A DNA stretch of 32,000 nt from Candidatus Thorarchaeota archaeon. GTDB lineage: Archaea; Asgardarchaeota; Heimdallarchaeia; Hodarchaeales; Hodarchaeaceae. A program made the position numbers and the translations under genes. The stretch lies in contig JBHLRO010000002.1 in the NCBI GenBank assembly GCA_048882505.1, positions 270,001 to 302,000 on the forward strand. The letters run 5' to 3'. A model generated the notes under the pieces. The model saw only the letters and a program-made list of their open reading frames with translations, was not told where the DNA came from and searched no databases. This document shows, piece after piece, positions 16,008-26,300 of this stretch. Positions within the stretch are counted from its first letter, which is position 1. The number at the start of each line of letters is the position of its first letter.

Positions 16008-16967
16008 CTAGTTCGGATGTATTAAATGTTCATAATCTTTGATCTTATCCCCGTAGATCTGGTCAAAGATGAGAGAAACTGTTTGCGGTGGTATCAACCC
16101 CACCTCCGTCATATAGGCTGCGATGTGGCCACGGTCTATGGTCTCAAAAGCAGGGTTTTTAATCTTAATTCCCGCTGGAGCATCGTCTTTCCAGATTTCA
16201 AAAGGAGATCTCATCTCAATTTCGCTCAAACGCCCGATGCTAGTGGTTTGGTCGTATTTCAATAGCGAGGTACAAATATAGAGAGGGATATGCTCTTCTC
16301 TTGCAGCCAATGAGCAAAGACGGGAACCAATCTTGTTCAGAGCAACTCCTTCTACTGTGATTGCATCCGCCCCAAGAAAGACCATGTGCGGATTATATCG
16401 GTTCATGGCCCATCGCATTGCTGAATCAACGATATGGGTAACGTGGATATTGTTTTGCAGGAGTATTCGGGCGGTTTTTCTACCTTGAAATAGTGGTCGT
16501 GTTTCGGTGGTAATTACCTCAAAGTCCTTCCCTTGATTTGCCGCTTCCAAAAAAATGCCAACAGTAATAGAACTATGGCAGTGAGTGAAAACAACGGAGT
16601 TATCACGAATCCTTTCGGCCCCAAATTTGAATATCTTTTGCTTGGCAGACTCAATTAGCCCAATATAATGTTCTCCATATTCAATGGCTTCATCCTTCCC
16701 ATCAGTATAAACTCCCGTCATAACATACCTTAATCCATTTTTCAGTCCAGGTTCGGTTACTCTCACACTGCCAAGGTATTGTATAACTGATTCCAAATGG
16801 TCAAAAAGTTCTTTTCCATCCAGAGGAACCGTACTTGCATGCCGAGCAAATGCTTGTACCCCATAAATCGCTACATTCGTCGCTCCCTGAATGGTTAGGT
16901 TCTTGATCCGCGCCATCGTGTCTTTAAGGGCCTTAAATTCTGCTGTTTCTGGAAAAGAGTTTTTCAC
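16008..16967 (-). CDS. Ribose-1,5-bisphosphate isomerase (eIF2B alpha/beta/delta family)
   Basis: IQGA, FTHCHS (catalytic Cys), ETRPLFQG, GADAIT (catalytic Asp), NKIGS, EIEMR and NPAFE motifs. Confidence 0.85.
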   Translation of the reverse strand: MKNSFPETAEFKALKDTMARIKNLTIQGATNVAIYGVQAFARHASTVPLDGKELFDHLESVIQYLGSVRVTEPGLKNGLRYVMTGVYTDGKDEAIEYGEHYIGLIESAKQKIFKFGAERIRDNSVVFTHCHSSITVGIFLEAANQGKDFEVITTETRPLFQGRKTARILLQNNIHVTHIVDSAMRWAMNRYNPHMVFLGADAITVEGVALNKIGSRLCSLAAREEHIPLYICTSLLKYDQTTSIGRLSEIEMRSPFEIWKDDAPAGIKIKNPAFETIDRGHIAAYMTEVGLIPPQTVSLIFDQIYGDKIKDYEHLIHPN

Positions 16968-17187
16968 GCTGAATTCGTTCCGTACCTTTTTTTAGATTCC
17001 GAACTACTCATCAAATAGGCATTTTGAGTGATATCAATGCCATTATTTCAGATCAAGAGAGCGCTTTATTTGGATCATTTAAATAATCTTATTTTCAAAA
17101 CCTCCTCCAGTAATTTCATGATTGCACAAGACCATAATTGACCTTTTTTTTATGATGAGTAAGCCTAGATTAACAAGGTTCTGAATC

Positions 17188-18126
17188 ATGTCGAGTATTC
17201 TTAGAAGATTGTTTAAAGGAAAGCCAAAATCAGAGACAAGTCAAATTGTTATTATAGGATTAGATGGGGCTGGCAAAACTACGATTGTGAACCGCTTACT
17301 CCGTTCAGAGTTCATTCCTACAACTAGAACATTAGGGGTTAATTATCGTACAGTGAAATACCGACAAATAGAGTTTAATCTCGTGGATCTCGGGGGACAA
17401 CAAATTTACCGAAATTTGCTCTGGGATGCCTCCCTAGATAAAGCCAATGCAATTGTATTCGTCCTAGACAGCGCAGATATTCGTATTGCTGAAGCCTCGG
17501 ATGCTTTTTGGGATTCCATTAAACGGAACGAAAAGGCGCCCGTGTTATTCATCGCGAATAAGATAGATCTACCTGGGGCGCGTGCTTTTGAATTAATTGT
17601 CCAAGATTTGGATTTAACCCGTGCTACTCGTTCTACAAATAGACCCGTGGGCTTATTTCGTGTATCAGCAAAAACAGGGGAAAATTTCTATGATGCTTTC
17701 GATTGGCTCGCCGATGTTATCTCAGGAAAAGAATCAACATTTAAGTGCAAAGTCCGTCAAGTTATCCTTATCGACCTTGAATTCCGCAAAATTTATACTA
17801 CCAAGTTTGTATCGGTTAGTCCTGAGATTCTAGATGAGATAAATGCTGGACTCTCCGAAACAGTGTCAAGATTGGATGAAAACCCAGCTGGAATGGAGGT
17901 AGTAACCGCATCCGATTTGCAGTTGGTCATAGTGAAAAGCTATCCCTTGGTCGTGGGACTCATCATTGGATATTCGGATTCCGTAGTACGAGCAAAGCTA
18001 ATATCAGAGCGGATAATGAAGTCAGCTGCTCAACCGATAGAGATTGAACAGTTCTCGTCGGATATATTACGACGAATGTTTGAAAAACAATGGCCATTGG
18101 ATCTTTATAAAAAGCGATCTGCCTGA
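17188..18126 (+). CDS. Arf-like small GTPase with C-terminal longin/roadblock-like domain
   Basis: Amphipathic N-terminus MSSILRRLF, then GLDGAGKTT, DLGGQ, NKID and SAKTG motifs, followed by a ~130-aa alpha/beta extension. Confidence 0.85.
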   Translation: MSSILRRLFKGKPKSETSQIVIIGLDGAGKTTIVNRLLRSEFIPTTRTLGVNYRTVKYRQIEFNLVDLGGQQIYRNLLWDASLDKANAIVFVLDSADIRIAEASDAFWDSIKRNEKAPVLFIANKIDLPGARAFELIVQDLDLTRATRSTNRPVGLFRVSAKTGENFYDAFDWLADVISGKESTFKCKVRQVILIDLEFRKIYTTKFVSVSPEILDEINAGLSETVSRLDENPAGMEVVTASDLQLVIVKSYPLVVGLIIGYSDSVVRAKLISERIMKSAAQPIEIEQFSSDILRRMFEKQWPLDLYKKRSA

Positions 18127-18150
18127 TCGAAAATGAAGAGGATTTTATAA

Positions 18151-20472
18151 TCATAGATAGTCTTTCAAGCCAAGGACGTCTTTTCTTCCGATTTCCGACT
18201 TACCAAGCAGCTTTCGCTCTAGCTCTTGGAATCGTTTCTCAATTTCTGGTCCAGAACTGGCATGTACAATCTTTTTCGCAGCTTCAAAATGGTGCATTTC
18301 GATTGTTTCGATATTTAGATCGTCTCGAAGTGCAATCATCACAGCCTCACGGCAGATAGCTTCAATATCGGCACCAACATAGCTTTCAAGATCATCTGCC
18401 AACTGGCCCAAATTCACGTCCTTCCCTAACCGCATTTTACGTGTGTGGATTCGTAAGATTTTTTCACGTGAAGAGACATCTGGGGACTTAACCAACAGCA
18501 GCCGATCAAATCTACCTGGTCTTAGAAGGGCAGGGTCAATCATATCTGGTCGATTTGAGGCTGCTAACACTACCACATCTCTTAGATTCTCAAGACCATC
18601 TATCAATGACAGGATTTGATTTACTACGCTTTCCATTACATGACTTCCACCGCTAAAAACCCCTCGACGTGGAGCAATGGCATCTAGTTCATCGAGAAAT
18701 ATGATCGAAGGGCTAGCTTGTTTGGCCTTACGGAACACATCTCTTATGGCCTTTTCACTCTCACCCACCCACTTCGAAAGGAGCTCTGGGCCCCGAATTG
18801 CGATGAAGTTCGCCTGGCTTTCAGTGGCTACCGCCTTCGCCAATAAGGTTTTTCCAGTCCCAGGGGGGCCATATAAGAGAATTCCATGTGGTGGAGTGAC
18901 CCCATGCTTTTTAAAGATTTGGGGATATGTGATTGGCCACTCTACCGCCTCTTTCAGCTGTTGTTTCACGTCTTCAAGGCCGCCTATATCATCCCATCGG
19001 ATATTCGGTATTTCAAGTAATACCTCTCGCATGGCTGAGGGTTCAGTTATCTTTAATGCCTCATCAAAGTTTTCGTTGGATACTATTAACTTTGACAATA
19101 TTTCTGGGGTTAGAGGTTTATCAAAATCGATCTTAGGAAGGATTTTACGAAGAGTATGCATAGCAGCCTCTTTAGTCAGGGCAGCAAGATCAGCCCCAAC
19201 AAATCCATGCGTTTTGGACGCGTACTCTCTTAGGTCAACATCCTCAGCCAACGGCATTCCTCGCGTATGGACAAGAAGAACCTCGTACCGTCCGTTTTGA
19301 TCGGGTACCCCTATTTCTATCTCCCTATCAAAGCGCCCAGGTCTTCGGAGGGCAGGGTCAAGTGCATTAGGGCGATTAGTCGCCCCAATCACAATTACTT
19401 TGCCTCGACTCTTCAATCCATCCATTAATGCTAGAAGTTGTGCGACGACTCGGCGTTCAACCTCTCCAGTCACTTCCTCACGTTTGGCTGCTATCGAATC
19501 TAGTTCATCAATAAAAATGATGCTGGGGGCATCTTTTTCGGATTGTTTGAAGATCTCCCGAATACGTTGTTCGCTCTCTCCGTAAAATTTGCTCATTATT
19601 TCGGGGCCAGCAATGGATACGAAATTTACTCCAGATTCATTGGCCACAGCTTTAGCTAACAAGGTTTTTCCTGTCCCTGGGGGCCCGTGCAACAATACTC
19701 CTTTTGGCGGATCAATACCCAACCGCTCGAACAGTTCGGGGTGTTTCATCGGTAACTCAATCATCTCCCGTACGCGCTTAATCTCTTCTGAGAGACCTCC
19801 AATGTCTTCATAGGTTACACGTGGCAACATTCGAAGATCTTTGGGAGCCTCTTCAATGATCTCCACGGCTGTAGCTTCCCCTACCGTTACAATGCCATCA
19901 GGATCTGTAGATACGACTACCACCTTGATTTCCCCTAGACTTACTGGGCGAGAAGCGCCAAAGAATCTTGAAATAAAGTCATCCATCCCGGTACCTGAAC
20001 CCGTTCCTCCTGAAGGGGGAATCTTACGAATCTGTCCCATGATGACCAGGAGATCGCCACGCGATAACGGGTGATTCTGAAGACGTTCTTGGATGATCTC
20101 CGGTTTTACCAATAATCGTATGCGTTCCTCAGCAGGCGCAATCACAATTCGCCGTGCAATACGTTTTTTGATTGGTCTGACGCGAACAGTTTCTCCCAGA
20201 GACGTTCCTACATTTCCCCGAATCAAACCATCCATACGAATAATACGTTTCCCCCGATCTTCTTGGCGCCCTGGAATTACTAGGGCACCTGTTCTCCGCC
20301 CATTACCTGGGTCTTTGCTAATCTCTACGATATCGCCAGTCTCAAGATTGGATTCTCTCATGATCTTATAGTCAATCCGAACTAATCCTCGACCAACATC
20401 ACTCTGATTTGCCTCGGCGACCTTTAACAGGAGTAATTTACCATTACCTGACAAACGTTCCTCACTATCCAT
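18151..20472 (-). CDS. cdc48: CDC48/VCP (VAT) AAA+ ATPase
   Basis: N-domain followed by two AAA modules (GPPGTGKT twice; IIFIDELD and IIFLDELD Walker B; SRH motifs [10 protein letters not shown] and [10 protein letters not shown]). Confidence 0.97.
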   Translation of the reverse strand: MDSEERLSGNGKLLLLKVAEANQSDVGRGLVRIDYKIMRESNLETGDIVEISKDPGNGRRTGALVIPGRQEDRGKRIIRMDGLIRGNVGTSLGETVRVRPIKKRIARRIVIAPAEERIRLLVKPEIIQERLQNHPLSRGDLLVIMGQIRKIPPSGGTGSGTGMDDFISRFFGASRPVSLGEIKVVVVSTDPDGIVTVGEATAVEIIEEAPKDLRMLPRVTYEDIGGLSEEIKRVREMIELPMKHPELFERLGIDPPKGVLLHGPPGTGKTLLAKAVANESGVNFVSIAGPEIMSKFYGESEQRIREIFKQSEKDAPSIIFIDELDSIAAKREEVTGEVERRVVAQLLALMDGLKSRGKVIVIGATNRPNALDPALRRPGRFDREIEIGVPDQNGRYEVLLVHTRGMPLAEDVDLREYASKTHGFVGADLAALTKEAAMHTLRKILPKIDFDKPLTPEILSKLIVSNENFDEALKITEPSAMREVLLEIPNIRWDDIGGLEDVKQQLKEAVEWPITYPQIFKKHGVTPPHGILLYGPPGTGKTLLAKAVATESQANFIAIRGPELLSKWVGESEKAIRDVFRKAKQASPSIIFLDELDAIAPRRGVFSGGSHVMESVVNQILSLIDGLENLRDVVVLAASNRPDMIDPALLRPGRFDRLLLVKSPDVSSREKILRIHTRKMRLGKDVNLGQLADDLESYVGADIEAICREAVMIALRDDLNIETIEMHHFEAAKKIVHASSGPEIEKRFQELERKLLGKSEIGRKDVLGLKDYL

Positions 20473-20517
20473 AAGCGATAGTAGATCTTTCTACTAAGAT
20501 TGCCATAATTTATCTTT

Positions 20518-20536
20518 TAAATGGCCAGGCCATTTA
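20518..20536. promoter_or_regulatory. Perfect palindrome TAAATGGCC-A-GGCCATTTA upstream of cdc48
   Basis: 9-bp arms with a 1-nt spacer, 46-64 bp upstream of the cdc48 ATG, overlapping a TTTAAAA TATA-like motif on the minus strand. Confidence 0.55.
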
Positions 20537-20678
20537 TGACTTCATACACTTCCAACCATATTTTATGCCTTTTGGTAATCCGACTAGGACCTAGCATTAA
20601 AGAGATTCCTGATATGAGTACTTTCCTTTAAGGCCTATCTCCTTGATTGAAAATCCCATCTTAATCTATTGAGCAGTT

Positions 20679-21476
20679 TTATTTTTTGCCCTCAATCAAA
20701 CTTTGCAGATAGAGCTTTGCATCTTCAACCTCTTTTTTAATACCTTTTTGGCCTGATTTGGAGATTATAAGCTTGATTGCACCAGAAGTGGGGAATGATT
20801 TAATCCAGACATCATATTTTTCTCTTACCTGTTCCAAAAATGGTGCCAATAGGGATTCATCCGTAAAGGAGGTTGTATACTTAGTTTCGAAGTAACGGGC
20901 ATCTTGGGCTTTAATTAACGCAATGATATGGGGTTCTATGACTTTATACATCATCTCCATCTCCCGTGGAACGCCAGGTAGGCAATAAATACAAGTATTG
21001 AATGCACGGTGTTCAAAAAAGATACCTGGTGCAGTTCCTACTGAGTTTTCAATAGGTTCGGTTCCTTCGGGCAAAAATGCCATTTTTCTTCGTGCCTCCG
21101 TGATTTCTGCTGTTTTAACCAGGCGTAGGTCATACAACTCTTGATAGCGTTTGGTAACCATTTCCAATGCCTTTGAATTTAAGGCTATCCCGACATTTAA
21201 TGCCTTGGCTAGAAAAACAGCTGTAGAATCATCCCAAGTTGGACCTAAACCCCCGGTAATTATTATTATACGATAATCTTCTTTTAAGGCCTGATCTATC
21301 TCTTTTACAACCAATTTTTCGTCATCAGGTATCGTTACAATTTTTGTAACCACTATACCTATTCTTGTTAATTGATCTGCTAGAAATGATGCGTTAGAAT
21401 TAATGGTTTTTCCTAGTACCAATTCATTACCGATACTTAAGAGTAAACAAGTGAGTGAATTCATGTTATTGACCAT
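20679..21476 (-). CDS. CinA-like / molybdopterin-binding-domain protein
   Basis: SIGNELVLGKTINSNASFLA, ITGGLGPTWDD, NSVGTAPG and LPGVPREM motifs. No PncC C-terminal domain. Confidence 0.88.
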   Translation of the reverse strand: MVNNMNSLTCLLLSIGNELVLGKTINSNASFLADQLTRIGIVVTKIVTIPDDEKLVVKEIDQALKEDYRIIIITGGLGPTWDDSTAVFLAKALNVGIALNSKALEMVTKRYQELYDLRLVKTAEITEARRKMAFLPEGTEPIENSVGTAPGIFFEHRAFNTCIYCLPGVPREMEMMYKVIEPHIIALIKAQDARYFETKYTTSFTDESLLAPFLEQVREKYDVWIKSFPTSGAIKLIISKSGQKGIKKEVEDAKLYLQSLIEGKK

Positions 21477-21610
21477 TAAACATCTAGGTTTTAATAAATC
21501 TCGGGATTAGCGCTGTAAATTTTGGGACATAAGGGATATCCAACCTGGAATGGTTTCAAATTTACCTTATATCTTACACCCCGTAAAACAAGGGATTGGA
21601 ATTCAGAGAA

Positions 21611-23266
21611 TCAATAATTCCAGCCGGGCCCTCTAACTACTCGTCCTGGAGTCTTATTGGTATGTTTTCCGTTTTTCAGCACCTGTGTTCCGTTGACGAA
21701 TACATGAATCATGCCTGAGGCATACTTATGTGGATTTTCGTAGGTGGCATTATCGATTATCTTATTTGGATCAAAAACGGCGATATCTGCAAAGAATCCC
21801 TTTTTTAGAGCTCCTCTATCCTGAATTCTCAGATTCTTAGCTGGCTGTGAGGAGAGTTTTCTTATTGCTTCCTCCAGCGGGATTAGCTTTTCTTCACGAC
21901 AATAGTGCCCAAGCAATCTGGCCACATTCCCGTAAGCCCTTGGGTGAGGATTTGATTTTAGAAAGACTCCTTCCGAGGCAACACTAGCTGCATCGGATCC
22001 AAAAGACATGTAAGGAAGTTGGATCTTTTTCGCCACATTATCTTCTGACATCATGAAATAAATCGTTTCGACTCTACTGTCATCTTCAATAATCAAATCC
22101 ATTGCTGTTATGAGAGGGGAAGTCTCCCTATCTTTCGCTACTTGCGCTAATGTTTTTCCCGTTAAATTTTTAAGCTCATCGGATTTAAAAGAGATCAAAA
22201 ACATATTTTCAGGGCCAGATTCCAAGTACAAATTTTCCCAGTCATCAGTTTGTTCTTGCGCTTCTGTCATTATCCTTTTTCTTAAATCTGGATCTTTTAA
22301 CCTTTTAATGAATTCATCATGCCCTCCTTCATAAGTCCAAGGAGGAAAGGATGAGGATAATCCCGTAGCTCCTGCAGTATAAGTGTAACAATCAGTAGTA
22401 ATCTGCACCCCACTTTTTCTTGCATCATTGATTTTTCGGATTGCTGAATCCAATTTATGCCAATTATTCTTGCCAGCTGCCTTCAAATGATAAATTTCGG
22501 CCCTTATATTTGCCGCCTTTGCAATACTGATTAATTCATTAAGTGCTTCATGAAAATTAGCTCCTTCACTCCTAAGATGACTTATATACATCCCGTCATA
22601 TCTGGCTGCTACCTTACAAAGTTCTATTAATTCTTCTGTTTCCGCATAAAACGCAGGTGGATATATCAATGCAGAAGCAACTCCTAGAGCTCCCTCTCTC
22701 ATTGCTTGATCGACCAATTCTGACATTGCTTGCTGTTCATCCTCAGTTGGGTTTCGGTCTTCATATCCAAGTGTATGAATCCTGACGGTCGTTGCACCCA
22801 CAAATGATGCGACATTTGGTGTTACTCCTGCTTTTTCCAAATAATCCAGGTATTCTGATAAAGTCGTCCAAGAGATATCATATTTAATGTCCCCCTGTCG
22901 TTTGAGTGCCTCCTCTTTCATTTGATCATTTAAAGGTCCCATTGACCATCCTTCGCCGAAAACCTCGAGAGTAATTCCCTGTTTTATATCGCTTAATGAT
23001 CGACCGTCCTCAATTAGTGAATCACACGCCCAACTAAGCATATTAATGAATCCTGGCGTCACAGCCAGATTATTTGCATCGATTTCCTGCTCTGCATGTT
23101 CTTTTCCAAACGATCCTATTGCTCTGATACGATCACCCTTAATTGCTATATCTCCACGGAAAGGGGGCTTTCCACTACCATCGAATATGGTTCCGTTACG
23201 AATAATCAGATCACGAATTTCGATTTCTATCACCGCAACAATTGAATCTCTCAGGTATGTTGTCAC
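21611..23266 (-). CDS. N-acyl-D-amino-acid deacylase-like amidohydrolase
   Basis: IIRNGTIFDGSG, DIAIKGDRI, SHLRSEG, IYHLKAAG, FGSDA, HPRAYG and GFFADIAVFDP motifs. The start codon is uncertain. Confidence 0.87.
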   Translation of the reverse strand: MTTYLRDSIVAVIEIEIRDLIIRNGTIFDGSGKPPFRGDIAIKGDRIRAIGSFGKEHAEQEIDANNLAVTPGFINMLSWACDSLIEDGRSLSDIKQGITLEVFGEGWSMGPLNDQMKEEALKRQGDIKYDISWTTLSEYLDYLEKAGVTPNVASFVGATTVRIHTLGYEDRNPTEDEQQAMSELVDQAMREGALGVASALIYPPAFYAETEELIELCKVAARYDGMYISHLRSEGANFHEALNELISIAKAANIRAEIYHLKAAGKNNWHKLDSAIRKINDARKSGVQITTDCYTYTAGATGLSSSFPPWTYEGGHDEFIKRLKDPDLRKRIMTEAQEQTDDWENLYLESGPENMFLISFKSDELKNLTGKTLAQVAKDRETSPLITAMDLIIEDDSRVETIYFMMSEDNVAKKIQLPYMSFGSDAASVASEGVFLKSNPHPRAYGNVARLLGHYCREEKLIPLEEAIRKLSSQPAKNLRIQDRGALKKGFFADIAVFDPNKIIDNATYENPHKYASGMIHVFVNGTQVLKNGKHTNKTPGRVVRGPGWNY

Positions 23267-23351
23267 ATATAGTTTTCAACCTTATTCAGGACTTTCAAAT
23301 GATATGAATTTAAAAGGAACTATAATTTTATTGACCTAGATTCAATATTAA

Positions 23352-26300
23352 ATGCCCTTAATAAGCTGTAATTCGAATTTAGTGGAATTGGTGGTTATGT
23401 CATCAGATATAGGCATGAGTCACGTCTCAAAGGAGCAACTGCACGAGATTGGTGGATTGGCTACAGAACTAAGATCATTAGATCCTATGGTGCAAATTAT
23501 TTCTCCTCTTAATGAAGCGCAAAAGCTAGTAACTGAAATAGAAAGGTTAAGAAAAGACATGCCAAGCGCAGGCTTTTTCAAAAAGCGGGGTATCAAAAAA
23601 AATTTGGCTCAAAAAGAAGGGAAATATCGCGAACTTACTGAAAATTTGACAGAGAACTTATTAACTGGGTATCGAAAGATTTACTTCGATTTAGCAAACA
23701 ACATCAAAGAAATCGCCAAGTTTATTCCACAAGAGACCGACAATATCAGGGCTCTTCAAATTCCTAGTTTTAATCCTCAACAGATTCTGGCCTTCAGTGC
23801 CAACGTTCTGAAGACCCATAACCAGATTTCAGAGATTTTACGGGGAAAAAATATTGCGATCTTGGTGCATAATAGGGAGATCTTGGATCTTTATACCAAA
23901 TTCGTGGATTTTGATGAGGAAAAAGTCCAGGTAACCAGGAGGACGACAAAAAATGCGGTGCACGTTATGGGCGTCTCTGATTTGCTTGAGCTCTATAATC
24001 AACTCGAGACCGAAAGCGCCTATTTGAAACAGCGCCGAAAGGGAACTGAAGGTAAGATTCAGGTCGCAATCATCCAGATGTCTTCCGAACTTCAACAACA
24101 TCTCGACACTGTCACCTCGATCGGTTTGGCAAGTGCTTTGGGCGATAAAATTAACCTACTCAGGGATCAAGTTCAGGAAATTAAAACCAACGCTGAGGAC
24201 AGTAGCTCGGTTGAATCCTTAATACTATGGGAAAAGGGACTCAATGAACTCAACTCGGAATTCCTAAATTCTCTTAGAACATATGAAATCTCTTTAAAGG
24301 CTGAAACCGAAGAAAAAATAGGCCGAATTCTCCAAATCTCAGGTAAACAAGGTCTAGAATCTTCCCTAGCTTCTGCTCCAGAAATAAATGTTTCGACATC
24401 AGATCTTTCTGAAATTATCCGGGATATTGAAAAGCTCCGATCATGGCAGCAGAACCAGGTCTTGGCAACTAGGGACTTGATCAGCACTGCCGCCCTTATG
24501 AACGCAGGAAAGACAATCAAGGCCATGATGATACCTATTCCAGAAGAATTTGCCAAAGAACTCCGTATAATTGATAAAGAAGCAAAAAAAGCACAGGATA
24601 TGTCATCCTGGATGGGTCTTGTTCAACGATACTTCGATCTCATGGCGATGTTAGCTGATGCCTGCCAACAGTATTTCTATCGGCTTCTGGAGAATCCGTA
24701 TATTCAAGAAGCCATTAACGTTAGTGAGGGCCCTCAGATTCCTATCATCCGTGACCTTAAGGATCTCGCTCCTAGTGAATTGGTTGCGAAAGCCCGCGAG
24801 ATTAAGGACTGGGAAACCCGCCTGGTTGCATTTTTTTCCAAACCTGCTCAGCAGAGTCTACGACAAACCCTTCTCAATTTGTTCGACTCTCGAGAAAGCC
24901 TCCAAAAGTTGTTATCGGAACCAACAATACAACAAATTGAGACACAGCGGAAACAAAAGAGTATGGAGGATAAAGAAATACGAGAACTCGTTCGAGAGAT
25001 AGATGTCTTGACTCGGCTCAATGCCACTATCCGAAATGAGATCTTGTCTGCGATTGATGCTGAGATAAATCCAATATACAATCAACTTACAATCCTAGAA
25101 ACCATACCTCCTAAATTAAAAGCTCATGTTCCCGTCTTGGCATTAGACGATTTGAAGGCACTCCGAGACGATATCACCATCGCAGCTGAAGAGGGTCTTC
25201 CCCAACTCTTGGATGAGTATGAAAAAATACCTGTCTGGAAATACAAAATAGCCACTCGGATCCGTGAGAATCTCAAATCGATCCCCTTTCCCCTAATTCC
25301 TATTGAAACCCGTTTCGATCTTCGTGAAAAGCGGAATGAGATTATAGGTACTATCGATCAGTTGTCAGAAGATGGAAACATGGAGGCCATGATCCAAGAA
25401 TATATTGGATTTCTTAGAACTATTGAGGAATATAAGAATGAAATCTTGGTAGAATTAAAGAAACAGATTGAAAATTTAGAGGAGGTGGATAAACGTTTAT
25501 ATCGATTGTTGAAATCACGTAGGACCTCCCCTACATTTTCCACGGAAAGAGAATTTGATGTTCTCGATTACTCTGAAGCCTTAACAGAGTATTGGCAGTT
25601 AAATGCTTATATAGAACGGCGTGTGGCCACTTTAACTGAACAGATGGAACGGGAGATTCATAGCCACATTCAAGATTATTCCAAGCTGTCCCCTCAGTAT
25701 GCTGAATTCTTTGAGGAACCTATTTCCCTTATGCAGGAGAGAACGGAGGAAATCAAGACGCATAAGGACATAGTGCAGCTGGTTAACATTTATGAGAGCT
25801 ATTCATTAGAATCATTACAATTAGCGAAAAATTCCTTAGCAAAACTACATCAGAATCTCCACAATTGGCTGCGGGTCAGTCTTCCAAGAATAAACGAGAT
25901 TACACCTGTCGATCCAGCTGTTTTCGCGGCAGAGAGAAAAATAGCAGATTTCGAGGTCGAAGATGTCTCACATGAACGCTTGGCAAATAAACTAAGACAA
26001 TTGATCTTTTTGTATGATACAGAAATAGTTGCTGTTCTTCTGGCGCAAGCGGTCGTTGAATCTAGGAAAATTCTGAAAAATGTCAATGATTTGAAAGATA
26101 TGGGAATATCTATCATCAGCCATGTTGGCGGTTACATTGAACGTTTCTCCCAAGTACTTGTTAAAAACCAGGAAGATGTTCACATCAAGGAGATTACCGA
26201 GGTTTTCACAGAGATTGACAACCTCCAAAACGATCCAGCTGCGTGCAGGGAGATTCGATCCATGGGTGATCAAATCATTCAAAGTATCGATATCGCGATT

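Noticed and set aside
18677-20371. Several long plus-strand ORFs (up to 207 aa) antisense to cdc48
   Set aside because: They are shadow frames of a conserved gene with no independent motifs. The same applies to the other nested ORFs in the track.
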